Assembly (NCBI RefSeq): GCF_006345805.1
Contig: NC_043004.1
Coordinates: forward strand, 48,050,001-48,114,000
Source of the DNA: Octopus sinensis
Taxonomy: Eukaryota
Direction of reading: 5' to 3'
Length of the DNA: 64,000 bases
Shown: positions 22,322 to 34,019 of the stretch, piece after piece
Layout of the letters: every line of letters starts with the position of its first letter
How positions within the stretch are numbered: position 1 is the stretch's first letter
Position numbers and translations under genes: made by a program
The notes under the pieces: model-generated
Seen by the model: the letters and a program-made list of their open reading frames with translations, nothing else
What the model was told of the DNA's origin: nothing
Databases searched by the model: none

Positions 22322-25300
22322 GCACAGCTTCTAACGCCGGAGATGTACTGCGGTGTCAGCTGTTCACTGACTAAGGTAACACCTTATTTTTCGAGCACCT
22401 TCCGGAGTATTCGGGCGGTTCCAAGCAGTGCTGTTTTCTGCAAGTGATCCACCCTTATTGCAGCCCCTATTTGTTCAACGTACATCTCGAGATTTTTGCT
22501 TACTGTTCCCAGGGCTCCGACAATTATTGCTACTACTGCTACCTTTTTCATCGACCACAGCTGCTTAACTTCCCAAGCTAACCTGTCATATCTCTTGACT
22601 TTTCTTTCTTCCTTATCGCATACCTTGTTGTCAGCTGGGCATACTATATCTATGATTCAGCATAGTTTGTTTTCTTTCTCAATTAAGACTATGTCCGGCA
22701 ACCTATTCTCTATCTCATGGTCGCACAGAATCATGAAATCCCATAGGATCTTTGCATTTTCATTTTCGACGATGCCTTTGGTTCCATAGATTCTGCATCT
22801 ATCACTTTCTGATGCGTTGTCTATTCTGTATTTTATGTAATTTGTTCTTAGTGCTTGCTCTTGGGCAGCACAGATTAGAGCCTACGTTCCCAGTTTTAAA
22901 TCACTTTTGGTCATCCACAACCATCTTTTTTCTCTGTCTTATCTTCAACATTCCTACGAAATTGACCATGCATTCTTTTCTTTACTCACCTATTTTCAGT
23001 TTCATTCGATTTAAATTTCTTGTACAGTGCTTTATCTTTGCAGTCTTTCATCCTACACAAGCCTAGCGGTTCTGTGACATTTTTTCATACCATGCTATGT
23101 TGTTTTCTTCTGCTTTAATGCTGTATTCACATCCAATAAGTCCTCTTCCCCCCTCTTTTTCTTGGTACATACAGTCTGTCTGTGTCACTTTTTGAGTGGA
23201 GTGTCCCATATCTAATTAGTAACTTCCTTGCCTTTCTGTCTAAGTTGTTTAGTTCGGTACTGTCCATCCGATTACCCCTGCTCCATATCTAAGGGGTGAA
23301 ACTGCCCAGGTGTTGATAGTTTCAGGCTTATTCCGTCCGTTTAATTTCGACTTAAGGATTTATCTCAGTCTGCGCAAGTACTCCCTCTTAAATTTTTGTT
23401 ATTTCTTTCTCCATCAATTTATCCATTTCCAAAATCCCCAATTACTTATAGCCCGTCTCTTCTATCGTTAGCCCGTCCATACATTTGATTTTGCCTCTCT
23501 TCAAGACAAACACACCACACTTTCTGAGTGCGAACTCAATTCTGATATCAGCACTGAAGGTATACACGAGGGAACACGAGTATCAACGAGAGAACTGACT
23601 TGGGCTTCATCTTTACCATAAAGTTTGAGGTCATCCATGAATAACAAATGGTTTTGCTATGCTCAGAATCAGTGTTAGTGGTATCAAACACAGTACAAAG
23701 ATCAGTGGGGACAGGCAGTCCCCTTGGAAGATGCCCAACTGTCCCTAAACTTCTTCCATATGCTGTCAGGTCCGTCCTCCAATTCGCCATACCTTTTCCA
23801 AGCAATCGCTCAGCATTCGATGCAATCTCAAACAGGTTCATACACTCCATAATCCATGACATGGCTAAGTTACTTTTCTTCCTCTTGCAGTCTTTGAGTA
23901 CAGTTTTATCTATCAGGAATTGATCCTTGGTCCCTCTGCCCTTACGCTCGCAACCTTTCTGCTCATGTGGCAGGAATCCATTTTGTTCTAGATGTTCGTA
24001 CATTGACTCTGCAAGTATTCCAGTCAATAACTTCCACATAAGTGGCAAACAGGATATCGGCTTATAATTGTCTACCGTATAGTCTTTTCCGATGTTTTTC
24101 AGGCACAGCACTGTCCTACCCAATGACAACCACTCTGGAGTTGCTTGATGGGAACTTAACAAGATGTTGAGTTGCGCAGCTATTCGTGCATAACATTCAT
24201 CAAATCTTTTGATCCAATAGCCTTGAACTTCATCTGGTCCCGGGGCATCTAATTGCCTATTTTTGTTTGCTGATTTCCTTCACTTCCCTAACTGAAATGA
24301 CTAGTTCTGCCTGTTTTGGACAGACTACTGTTTGTTTCAGTTCCTTCAGCCTCCTTCTTGTGGTCCTTGTCTTTGCTCCAGATGTCAGTCCAAAAACCTT
24401 TGGCTTTCATTGTTATCTGATATCAACTTTTCATCTGTACACTCTCCATTTATTTCTTTATAGAATCTCTTCTGATCTACTCTGAATAACCTATTCTGCT
24501 GGTAATCTTTCATCCGTTGGTCGTATCTTACCGTATTTGCTTTCTTTGCAGCGATGCGCCGTTTCAGTTACTCTATTACTACTTTCAGGCCCTTTCTTTC
24601 AATATTATACTTCCTTTTCAGCGCCCTGTATTTTTGTTCGCTTTTAAGCTCCCTTTTCTCTTTTCGGTCTAACACAGAGATTTCCTTCGAGAGCATGTCT
24701 AACCCTGCCTGGATTCTTCTTTTCCACCATGGATCTTTTTCTTTTGTCACTCCCATTGTTTCTTTTTCTTGACATCGACACCCACATTTTCTGCCACAGC
24801 AATACTTGCTGCCTTGATCAAATTATTTGTTTCTGTGATGTTTCATTGACATTTTTCGTTTCTTGGTTCAATTTCCATCGGTCAACCTTTTTAAGGTTGC
24901 AAAAAATGTCGCTATCGTTCTCCTGTAGTCTTGCTTTTATTCTGTCGTAGATTGCCTTTTGTTCATCTGTCATATCGCCATTAGTCTTTTTTATCTTCTT
25001 TTAAAACATCTATATGTCTCTCAGCAATTAAACTACCACTGCTTCTTTCCTGTGCTATGAGATTACTCTTATTAGTAAGAACTGTATTTTCATCGTTATC
25101 TCTGCTGCTATTTTCCAAGACCCGTCTTTTGATAGCTTCGAGCTCTACTTCTGTGAACCAACGTTTTTTTTCTTATCGCTCTAGCTTGATCACATAGCCT
25201 GTGTTCTGTGAGTTGAAACAATCCCTTTTCTCTCCAATACGATGTCGGTAACCCCTAATTTGAGCACCATTTTCACCATTGCTCAGATAACACTCCATGA

Positions 25301-25590
25301 CCACAGCATTAATTTACTTGCTCCATCTACGCCGTGTGTGGTGGTCCCTTTCTGGATATCTACAGGCTGGAGCCGGACCAGAATCTCTGAGCCTGCCGGG
25401 TGCAACTCTGTCACCATCATTAGCTTCAGTTTCATTGCCCCCGTTATTCACAATATTTTGTTTTTCCATTGTCACTCATATGAGGTAGCGATTATCAGGT
25501 TGCGCAATTACCAGTATTTTTATTGTGACACCATCACTAGATGTATCATTAATCAGTCCATGGAGAGGTTCCACTCGTTTCCTTTCTTTA
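22322..25590 (-). mobile_element. Near full-length degenerate R4/Dong non-LTR retrotransposon between (AAT)n tracts
   Basis: N-terminal RRWSK..VVMECY..RGYR..HRLCDQARAIRK; RT region [42 protein letters not shown]; restriction-like endonuclease KILWDFMI.CDHEIENRLPDIV..IVGALG..QKTALLGTARILRKVL. Confidence 0.92.
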
Positions 25591-26236
25591 TGATTATTAT
25601 TATTATCATCACTGATATCACTGATATTATTACTTTCATGTGTAGTAGCAGCAGTGTTTGCAACAACAGCAACAGTAGCAGGGGCAGTGTAGTGGTTAGG
25701 GTAATAGATGGGCCTCAGATTCCTGTGCTATCATAATAGTAGTATTTATAGTATTAGCAGCTGCAGCATATTATTTTTATCATTATCACTATCACTACCA
25801 CTACTATTGTTATTATCATTATTACTATTTCCATTTTTTATTAAAAGATTTTACTAAATGTTCTTTATTTTCAACTTTTGTCATGTGATTGTTGAAGGAA
25901 ATAGTCGGGGAGTAGCTTGGTGAATATATCATATTCTACAGATCTATAAATAGATTCGGCAGATGGTGGGGAGGTCAGCCATAGAAACAAAATAATCTTC
26001 TCATCTTTTGGGTCAGCAGTGACCACTGACAGCGCTGCCTTGAAAAGAAGCAATTCAACCTGTTCTATTTGTAATTACTGGTAGAAAAAACAATAATATA
26101 TATACATATATGTATACATATATAATTTTAAAATAGGATAAAATCTTCATAAGAATTTATCAAGTAGTCAGCGTAAAAAACCTCATAAGGGAAAAAATCC
26201 AGCAATTTTTTCACTTAAATGTATTTATTTATATTA

Positions 26237-26692
26237 TATAGAGGGCATTATTATATATAAATGCAACATGCTAGGGGGGACTCTTAAAGTCAAAACCACT
26301 AAAATAAATAAACACATAGTACCGAATGCAACACTAGAAGCAAGTCATTTAAAAACAGAATTCAGCTGCAGATCACTGTGATTTCATAATCAATGCAGTG
26401 GTGCACTCTTTACTCAAATATACTACGTTGGATATACTACGTTGGATACGATAGTTGTTTGCCTGGTATGTTGATTTTGTTTATTATAAATCTTGAATTA
26501 TGCTTGCACTGATGAGTAAAGAGTGCACCACTGCACTGATTATGAAATCACAGTGATCTGCAGCTGAATTCTGTTTTTAAATAACTTGCGTCGAGAGTTG
26601 CATTCGGTACGATGTGATTATTTATTTTAGTAGTTTTAACTTTATGAGTCCCTCCTAGCGTGTGGCATTTATGTGTAATAATGCCCTCTATA
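26237..26692. repeat. Inverted repeat (about 180-bp arms, 96-nt spacer) flanked by (TA)n
   Basis: 26237-26416 is the imperfect reverse complement of 26513-26692. Confidence 0.92.
26504..26563 (+). ncRNA. Type I hammerhead ribozyme motif with canonical core, in a Penelope-type inverted repeat
   Basis: UUGCA-CUGAUGA(26509-15)-stem II GUAA..AGUGCA(CCAC)UGCACU..UUAU-GAAA(26544-47)-UCAC(A)GUGA-UC-UGCAG; predicted cleavage after C26558 (AUC). Confidence 0.82.
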
Positions 26693-27066
26693 ATATATAT
26701 ATATATATATATATACTGATATTCACGTCGTTGAATTTTTGAATTTCTGAATTCATTTGTGTTGTTGCAATAAAAGATGCATTTACGTATTTGGGTAATA
26801 TATTAAAGTTTTTAAGTTTTCTTGAGATGTTCGTTTGTTTGTCCAGTTGGAGAATACAGTAGAACTTTTGCAATGAAAAGGATGCTTACATTTTCGAATA
26901 CTAAGAGGGAGTCAAAAAGAAAAGGAAGCGAGTTTTAGATAGTAAAGTTTAAAGATTTACTATATATGGTCTTTTGTATGACCGCACAGAGACAAATGAT
27001 ATCGTTCTTTTTTGCTGTTGATAGATTTATATCGGGTATACTATTATTATTATTATTATTATTATT

Positions 27067-27900
27067 GTGTCGTTTCGCTTTGTCAGAAGGCCTCCAGGAA
27101 AGCAAAACAACCCACGCTTCACGACGAAAACAGTGAAGTTTGCGAGTAAGAGTCTGATGCTTTGGGGATACATAAAAAGTGGTGGTTCAAGAAATTTGGC
27201 TAAAATTGACGGTAACTTGAACAGTGCCAAAATACATCCAGTTGCTGAAGGAGAATTTGATACCAGACTTGGATGGAGGTGAGATTTTTCAGCATGACAG
27301 AATTCCATGTCACAGATCCCGTGCAACACAACAGAGTCTGGCTGATAAAGGTGTTACCTTATTGACAGATTGCCCAGCTCAGAGCCCTGTCTTAAATATC
27401 ATCGAGCAAATGTGGACAGAAGTAAAGAGAAGAGTTCGTCAGAAGAATCCAAGCAATCTTGAAGAGTTGTGGGAGCTCAGCCACAGAGAATGGTATCTCA
27501 TACCTATGAAGATCGTGAAGGATTTGTATGCATTGAAGCAATTATTCAAGCTAAGAGAAGCTACATGAAATATTAACAATATACAGTAACTTATTCAAAT
27601 GAACATTATGTAATAAATTTTCACTATAGACATTTTTTTCTGTTTTAACACAGTGTATCTTGATTGGTTTATGTGAGGTGGCCGAAAGGTTTTGCATGGT
27701 CATTTTCGGTGGTCGTCTCGCATTTTCCTCTCTCATTTGGAACCACTACTACAAAATATAATGATTAGGTATAGAAATGACTCCGACAGGGTCAATGTTT
27801 CATCTGTAAAAAAGCGCAGTGGGAAACATCCACGTATAAGTTGGTAATTAATTGAAATTTACAATTGTTTAAAGTAGTCGAAGACTTTTGCGCGGTACCG
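27067..27900 (+). mobile_element. Tc1-family transposon 3' part (DDE domain and right TIR)
   Basis: TVKFASKSLMLWG..GNLNSAKYIQLLKENL..IFQHD..PAQSPVLNIIEQMW; ends cttttgcgcggtaccg|TA at 27900. Confidence 0.9.
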
Positions 27901-28253
27901 TATGTATGTATGTATGTATGTATGTATGCATGCATGTATGTTTGCATGTATCTATGTATGTATAGAAAGTGTACTCTATAATATAATATATCATAGTATT
28001 TATTACTGAACATGCGTTATTGAATATTTGTATTTGGAAATCTGTACGTATTAGCAATTGAAGGTTTCATGCTTTTTGGAAGTGCATTAGCGACATGACT
28101 GGAGTGAAATCATTTCCGATCGGTAAAAAAAAAACAGTTCACAGTTGCTATTCTGTCCTTACTTTCTGCCAGCGAAATTATATACCGAAACTCTTTTAAT
28201 TACAATATTAATATTTAGGAACTAGTTTTAAAAGATATTATTTATCATATTAC

Positions 28254-28398
28254 TATAAGGTTGTCCCAAAAGTTCGTAGAAAGTCTTGGAAAATAATGGT
28301 CTTTATTTTGAGGAATAATTTTTGTTGTTTTTGTTAGTACTTGGCGAGTAAAAATTCAATTTTCGCAAGTGTTTACGAACGTTTGGGACAACCTAATA
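28254..28398. mobile_element. Tc1/mariner-type MITE
   Basis: TIRs ta(t/a)aggttgtcccaaaagttcgta...tacgaacgtttgggacaacctaata with TA ends. Confidence 0.75.
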
Positions 28399-29214
28399 TT
28401 ACAGAAATTTTTTTTAAAAAAAAACAACTTTAATTACTGTGGTGGTGAAATAACAATTTTATTAGAAATTTAAGATATACCAGCGGATATTTATTATATA
28501 AATGAAAGTATATAATAGACTGAAAATTCGTAATTGCCTTTCAAATATCAGTTGGTTTTGGAGTGATAACATGTGACTAATAAGTACTCTTACATAGTTA
28601 TTGCGTAGGCTTGCGAGCAATTTGGTAGGACTAGTTTAATGTCAGCATAGATGAATTAGATTACTAGATTCTGTTATTTTACATTTTTTTTTTAAAGTTC
28701 AAGTCCCGCAAAGATCGGTCTTGCTTTTTCTCCTTTTTGCTTGTTCTTTTGGGGTTGGTAAAATAAGAAACTGTCAAGTATTGATGTCGATTCGAACGAC
28801 TAGACTTCCCACATTTAAAACTTATTGAAATGACAATATTTAAGAAATTATTAGTATTCTTTTATATATCTTTTAATGGGAGAGAAAGACCCGTTTCAAG
28901 ACCTTCGAGAATGATGAGATGGAAGTGTTCTTAAACTGGAAGACCGACCCGAATGTTTGCATCCAATAGAATGGACTCTGCTAAAAGCACCCACGGTGAT
29001 AGTATTAAGCCGGCCGACAGGTGAAGTCTAGTAGCCAAGTAGGACAGAGCGGGATTCGAACTCAGAATAACAAATACAGTCTGTAGTTTTGCTGTTTTGT
29101 CAATCCAGCAACTTAAATTGTTATACATTTTTTTAAATATTTTTATCAACTCTTTTTCATTAAACTTTTTTTGTCGAAAAGATGAAAGGAAAAGTAAGCT
29201 ACGATACAGGGAAA

Positions 29215-29450
29215 GGGGCGACAGTCAAGTGGTTGTAGATGACGGAAGCGATGTACGCATTCGCCACCTCCGCCCCACCCTTCAGAGACAGCTTCCTCTC
29301 TGCCATTTCTGCGTGAGACTGGCCACCCAGCTCGTCACCTAACACCTAGATCAACCGTAGACGAGAAAGAGCGCTTGGCACCTGGCGTGTCGGCAAGCGC
29401 CCGCAACCCTTTACCATCCAAGCAATGCGCTCGGAAGAAGTTCCACATTG
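29215..29450 (-). mobile_element. Tx1/L1-type LINE fragment
   Basis: Nucleotide homology to 57140-57270 (cagaaatgg..agagaggaag..gcgtacatcgcttccgtcatctacaacc). Confidence 0.75.
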
Positions 29451-29918
29451 GAGTTTTAAAAGAGATTAGTGACAGGGAAGAGCGACGACGTCCTCAGTGA
29501 AATTTGAACTCGGAACGAAGAGAATCGGAACAAATACCGTGAAGATTCTGTCAACATTGTTGTGAATCAGTGTAAGTTACAATTATTATAGTAAAGACAT
29601 TGGAATCAAATATTTCAAAAAGCATTATAAATCGCAGTATACTCAACATTTGTTTTCTTCAAGGCTACTATTTTAATTAATTTATCAATCATTGATGAAT
29701 GTAGATATGTCGGAATTAGTTGACAATAATTAAAATGTTGCTTTTGATATTTGGAAAGATTCCTGTCTGAATGCTTTGAATGGATTGGAAGTAGAAATAT
29801 AAAATAAGGGAAGAATTTCGAGAACTAAAACATTCTCCGTTACTAATTCAGAGTTGTAACGAAATAAATTCTAAGAATAAATATCCACTCCAGGTTAATT
29901 TCAGCAACCGACTATGAA

Positions 29919-31434
29919 TTATTCCGGATTCAGTTCTGAAGAAAGTTTTTTTTTCTTAATATTTTTTTCTACTAAAGCAATTGCTGTTGATTTAATTGAC
30001 CTTCTGTCAAATTTCTGAGAGGTTAATAATGGAAAGCTTGTAAAATGTAAGAAATAATCTGGGTGCAGCGTTACAATATCAAAACCGCTTTGCTGTGGCA
30101 TAATTTCCAAGCAGAACTTTTTAAGCCCGTCTTCATTGAATTCGTGATTATCTCGGATGGTAATACACGCACACACCCGTTCACCAACTTCTTCATCCGG
30201 TATCGGAACCACAACTACGTCTTCTACACTAGGGTGATGACTGACATATTCCTCAACTTGTCTGACAGGTACCTTCACTGTTGACTTCTTGATAAAATCT
30301 GTATTTCTTCCAACTAGAAAAAAATCCCCCTCTGGTGTCATATAACCTATATCTGACATTGACTGCCAGCCATTTGTATTTGTCGAATCGCCACCCAGGT
30401 TTATTTTAGTTGTCCATTTATTTCGAACTTCAATATTGCCAACCTCTCCTATATTAACGGTTTTTCCGTTATCGTCAACAATCTTCATTTCTGTATCGGG
30501 GAAAGGCCTCCCTAGCATTTTCGGAAGATGTTCAGAAATATTTTTTTTTGTAAATACCCGTGAAGTTAAAAATGTAGCTTCACTACTTCCATACACAATT
30601 TGTATATGCTCAGTAAAGTTTAAGGAATGCATTAATGATTCTTTTGTAAGCATATCTCCACCGGTAAGAATAGCCTTTGCGCGATGCCCACAGTCTCTGA
30701 GTAGTTGTAGATGCTGTGGCAGAAGCCAAAGTATATTACAGCCTTCTTTTTTCCATATATTTTCAATAAACTCTAAGTTCTTAATGTCGTTTAGCATTTG
30801 AACATTTCCAGTTACATGGGTAGTTCCAACAGAAAACAACCCAAATGGATATCCACCGATGTATATCATTGGACGAGTGTTGTATGTTGTATCATCTGAG
30901 GTTACACTACTTGCATCCATGGCATGTACTATGCTATTCAACCAGTTATAATGTGTGTGATAGATATTTTTGGGTCGGCCTGTACTACCGGAAGTTTGGC
31001 AAATAAATGCGATGTCTTCTGGGTCCAAACTAGGTAAGTCGACTTGCTCACTGTCATTGATATTCAACATAAGGTTTGTGGCAGATAGAACGTTGGATGG
31101 GCAATATGTGTTGGATATATTGATGACAAACTTCAATTCCGGATATATTTCGCTAGTTACTTTACCGTCATCGGAAATTTGAGCAATTGCACAAAATTTA
31201 TCCAGTGAATCTTTTGAGTCAAATATCACCGCTTTGCATCCGGAAAAAATGTCTTTAAAATCTCCTGACTTTAGACTCAGCCTCAATGAAACTGCTCCGG
31301 CCATAATAATTCCGGTATCGTAGATTATGAGGTCTACACAGTTGGATATACATAAAGCGACGTGATCTCCTTTCTTAACGCCTAACTTAACAAGAGCTTT
31401 TGCAAACTTCACAGTACCGTCATACACCTCTTTT
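29919..31434 (-). CDS. ANL-family acyl-CoA synthetase-like gene B, coding exon 2; spliced product 553 aa
   Basis: Acceptor tttcAG|A at 31436-31434, phase 2. QTSGSTGRPK, YGSSE, GWQSMSD, GRNTDFIK, TSQK. Uninterrupted ORF; 238/494 identities to gene A exon 2 with no gaps (hand count). Confidence 0.93.
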
Positions 31435-31556
31435 CTGAAAATATATATGGAAAGTAGAAGTGAGATAGTGCACATATCAAGGCATTGGTGACATCTAACA
31501 TCATCTTTTTTAATTACTCTTAATACTACTGGAAGTATTATGCCTCACTAACTGAT

Positions 31557-31593
<37 letters not shown>

Positions 31594-31689
31594 GCTTCCA
31601 AATAGAATAAGAAACCCGAGATTATATAAGAAGAAAACGGCTAACACATTAGAAATGAAGGGGAGAAAACGGAAAAAAAGAAATGAGCA

Positions 31690-31980
31690 ACAGACGGACA
31701 GACAAATAGATTGATTGACTGACAGATAGTAGGAGAGACAAACAGACAGACAGGCAGACAGACAGATGGACAGAGAGACAGATGGACAGACGAAGGGACA
31801 GACAGACTGATAAATCGACAGAGAGACAGGCGCACAGACAGACAGACTGATAGATAGATAGATAGACGAAGGGACAGACAGATAGATAGATAGACGAAGG
31901 GACAGACAGACAGATAGATCGACAGAGAGACAGGCGCATAGATAGATAGACAGACAGACAGACAGATAGATAGATAGATA
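31690..31980. repeat. Compound GACA/GATA microsatellite filling much of the 551-bp gene B intron
   Basis: Repeated gacagacagac/gatagataga with gacgaagggacagac subunits. Confidence 0.92.
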
Positions 31981-31985
31981 GTTAC

Positions 31986-32131
31986 CGCGTCAATTGCTGT
32001 CGATCGTCTTTTTCTTTATATACAACAAATGCTAATTTGTTTGGCTGCTCTTCCGCCAAGCATTTTAGTTTCTCAGGAATCGTTTGCCAAACAGCTGGTA
32101 TTCGACCTGGTTCATGGATATAACTTGTCAT
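31986..32131 (-). CDS. ANL-family gene B, coding exon 1
   Basis: ATG at 32131 gives MTSYIHEPGRIPAVWQTIPEKLKCLAEEQPNKLAFVVYKEKDDRQQLT(R); donor CG|GTAACT at 31985; 146 nt, as in gene A. Confidence 0.88.
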
Positions 32132-32504
32132 CTTGCTAACTACGAAGTCACCGGCACAAAATTTCAGAGCCAACAATGGACTTACTTTCCGATATTTCTT
32201 CTTGCCTTATTCGGGTCTGATCTTAATTCTTCTCTGTTTAATACAAATTTATCATTAGTTTTGATTAAATAAGACACATTAAATCATTAAATTTTCATTA
32301 AAAAGAAATAAGTGGTTAAAATTCTAGACCCACTTTACCTTATTTTGATGTATCTTTCTATGTTCAGTTACTATCATTTCGATTATTGTTCATGCACAAG
32401 AAATGCTGACTTAAACGCTACTCATTAGACCATGCTTGTTAGTTGTTACAAAGAAAACGCGATACTTTGTCTAGCCAACGATTGATTCTCTATGACGCTA
32501 TTTC

Positions 32505-32843
32505 TGAGACCCCCTTCGGTCATGACACAGACCATAGGATTGCACGTAGAAAGTTACCCTCCCAGGCATAAGTTCGGGCAAGGCTATTTATGGAAAACCA
32601 GCAGTCGCCCATGCATACCGGCCTCCTCTCTCCACGCCACCAGTGTTATCCAAGGGAAAGACAAAGGCTGATACAGCTTGGCATCAATGATGTCGCAACT
32701 CTTTTCTGCCAACTGAGTGGACTGGAGCAACGTGAAATAAAGTGTCTTGCTCAAGAACACAACACGCAGTCCGGTCTGGGATTCGAGCTCACAACCTCAT
32801 GATCGTAAGCTCTACGCTCTAACCACTGAGCCATGCGCCTTCA
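32505..32843 (-). mobile_element. tRNA-derived SINE (OK-like head)
   Basis: Head tgaaggcgcatggctcagtggttagagcg..gagctcgaatcc; a related copy is at 54390-54630 (-). Confidence 0.8.
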
Positions 32844-33587
32844 CGATGAAGCTATTTATATTCTCTTATAAAATAAAAAGATACATTAAATAATATATTT
32901 ACATATAATAATATTTTGAATATTGAGATAATTGAATATATATAACATTATATATTACTTATATAATGTATAATGTGGTTCTTTTCACTTGCTGGATCTG
33001 GAGAAAGGGACAGTGTCCATGGCTTGCACGGACTCCCTTAAATCAGTCAGATTTATATCATTAATATCGGAAAGTCCTGCGTAGGGAGGAAATTTAGAGA
33101 CCAACGTTCTGTGAACAATGGACACAAGGCGGAGATCTGGAAAACTGGACACAAGATGGACGATAAGAGGGAAACAGATGAGTAACTGAAAATGCCTGAG
33201 TAGACGAGAATGACTCCCGCCAACTGCGAGGAGCAGGGGTCATTATCCTGACGGGAGAAAAGGCATTGTGGCTGGAATATGTCCGTGTATAATTTTATGC
33301 TGATCTGTTGAGTGACCGTTTTCCTGATGCCGTCTAGGTTGTCTAGGATTAAATCTGTTATCCTTGTTATAAACATTAATTTAATAAACATAGTTTAGCC
33401 TCGCAAAAAAAAAAAAAAAACTCTGAGAGTCAATAACAGGTTTCTAAGCACCCAGAGAGAAATATAGCGTCAACTAGTTTCACTAGAAAGAGGCAGAGAC
33501 AGGGGAAGAGTGAGAGTATAAACATACAATAAATTCCCATATGGTCTCTTTTAAAGAACAGAAGCAGGATGTACTGAGGGTTGGTTA

Positions 33588-33625
<38 letters not shown>

Positions 33626-33727
33626 TATATAGATAGATATATAGATATAGATAGATAGATATATATAGATAGATGATATATATAGATAGATAGATAGATA
33701 GATATATATGTGTGTGTGTATGTGTGT

Positions 33728-34019
33728 GGAGGCGCAGTGGCCCAGTGGTTAAGGCAGCGGACTCGCGGTCGTAGGATCGCGGTTTCGATTCCCAGACCGG
33801 GCGTTGTGAGTGTTTATTGAGCGAAAACACCTAAAACTCCGGCAGTGGGTGGTGGCGATCCCTGCTGTACTCTTTCGCCACAAATTTCTCACCCTCTTTC
33901 TTCTGTTGGCCTGCTCGCTTAGCCAGCGGGGTGGCGTCATTTGAAAGCTAAAACAATGCGAAGCGCATTGTGACCAGCGATGCATAGCAACATCTGATAG
34001 CCTGGTCGGTCACGGTGAT
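33728..34019 (+). mobile_element. tRNA-Arg-like (OR1-type) SINE
   Basis: ggaggcgcagtggcccagtggttaaggcagcggactcgcggtcg..gtttcgattccc head, followed by a non-tRNA body. Confidence 0.82.

Noticed and set aside
31641-31939. ORFs made of low-complexity peptides (also 5552-6086, 33588-33830, 47659-47926, 51547-51882)
   Set aside because: Translations of microsatellites.
33728-33805. tRNA-like sequences (also at 2291, 32770-32843, 50068)
   Set aside because: They have A/B boxes but no complete cloverleaf, and continue into multi-copy SINE bodies; these are SINE heads, not tRNA genes.
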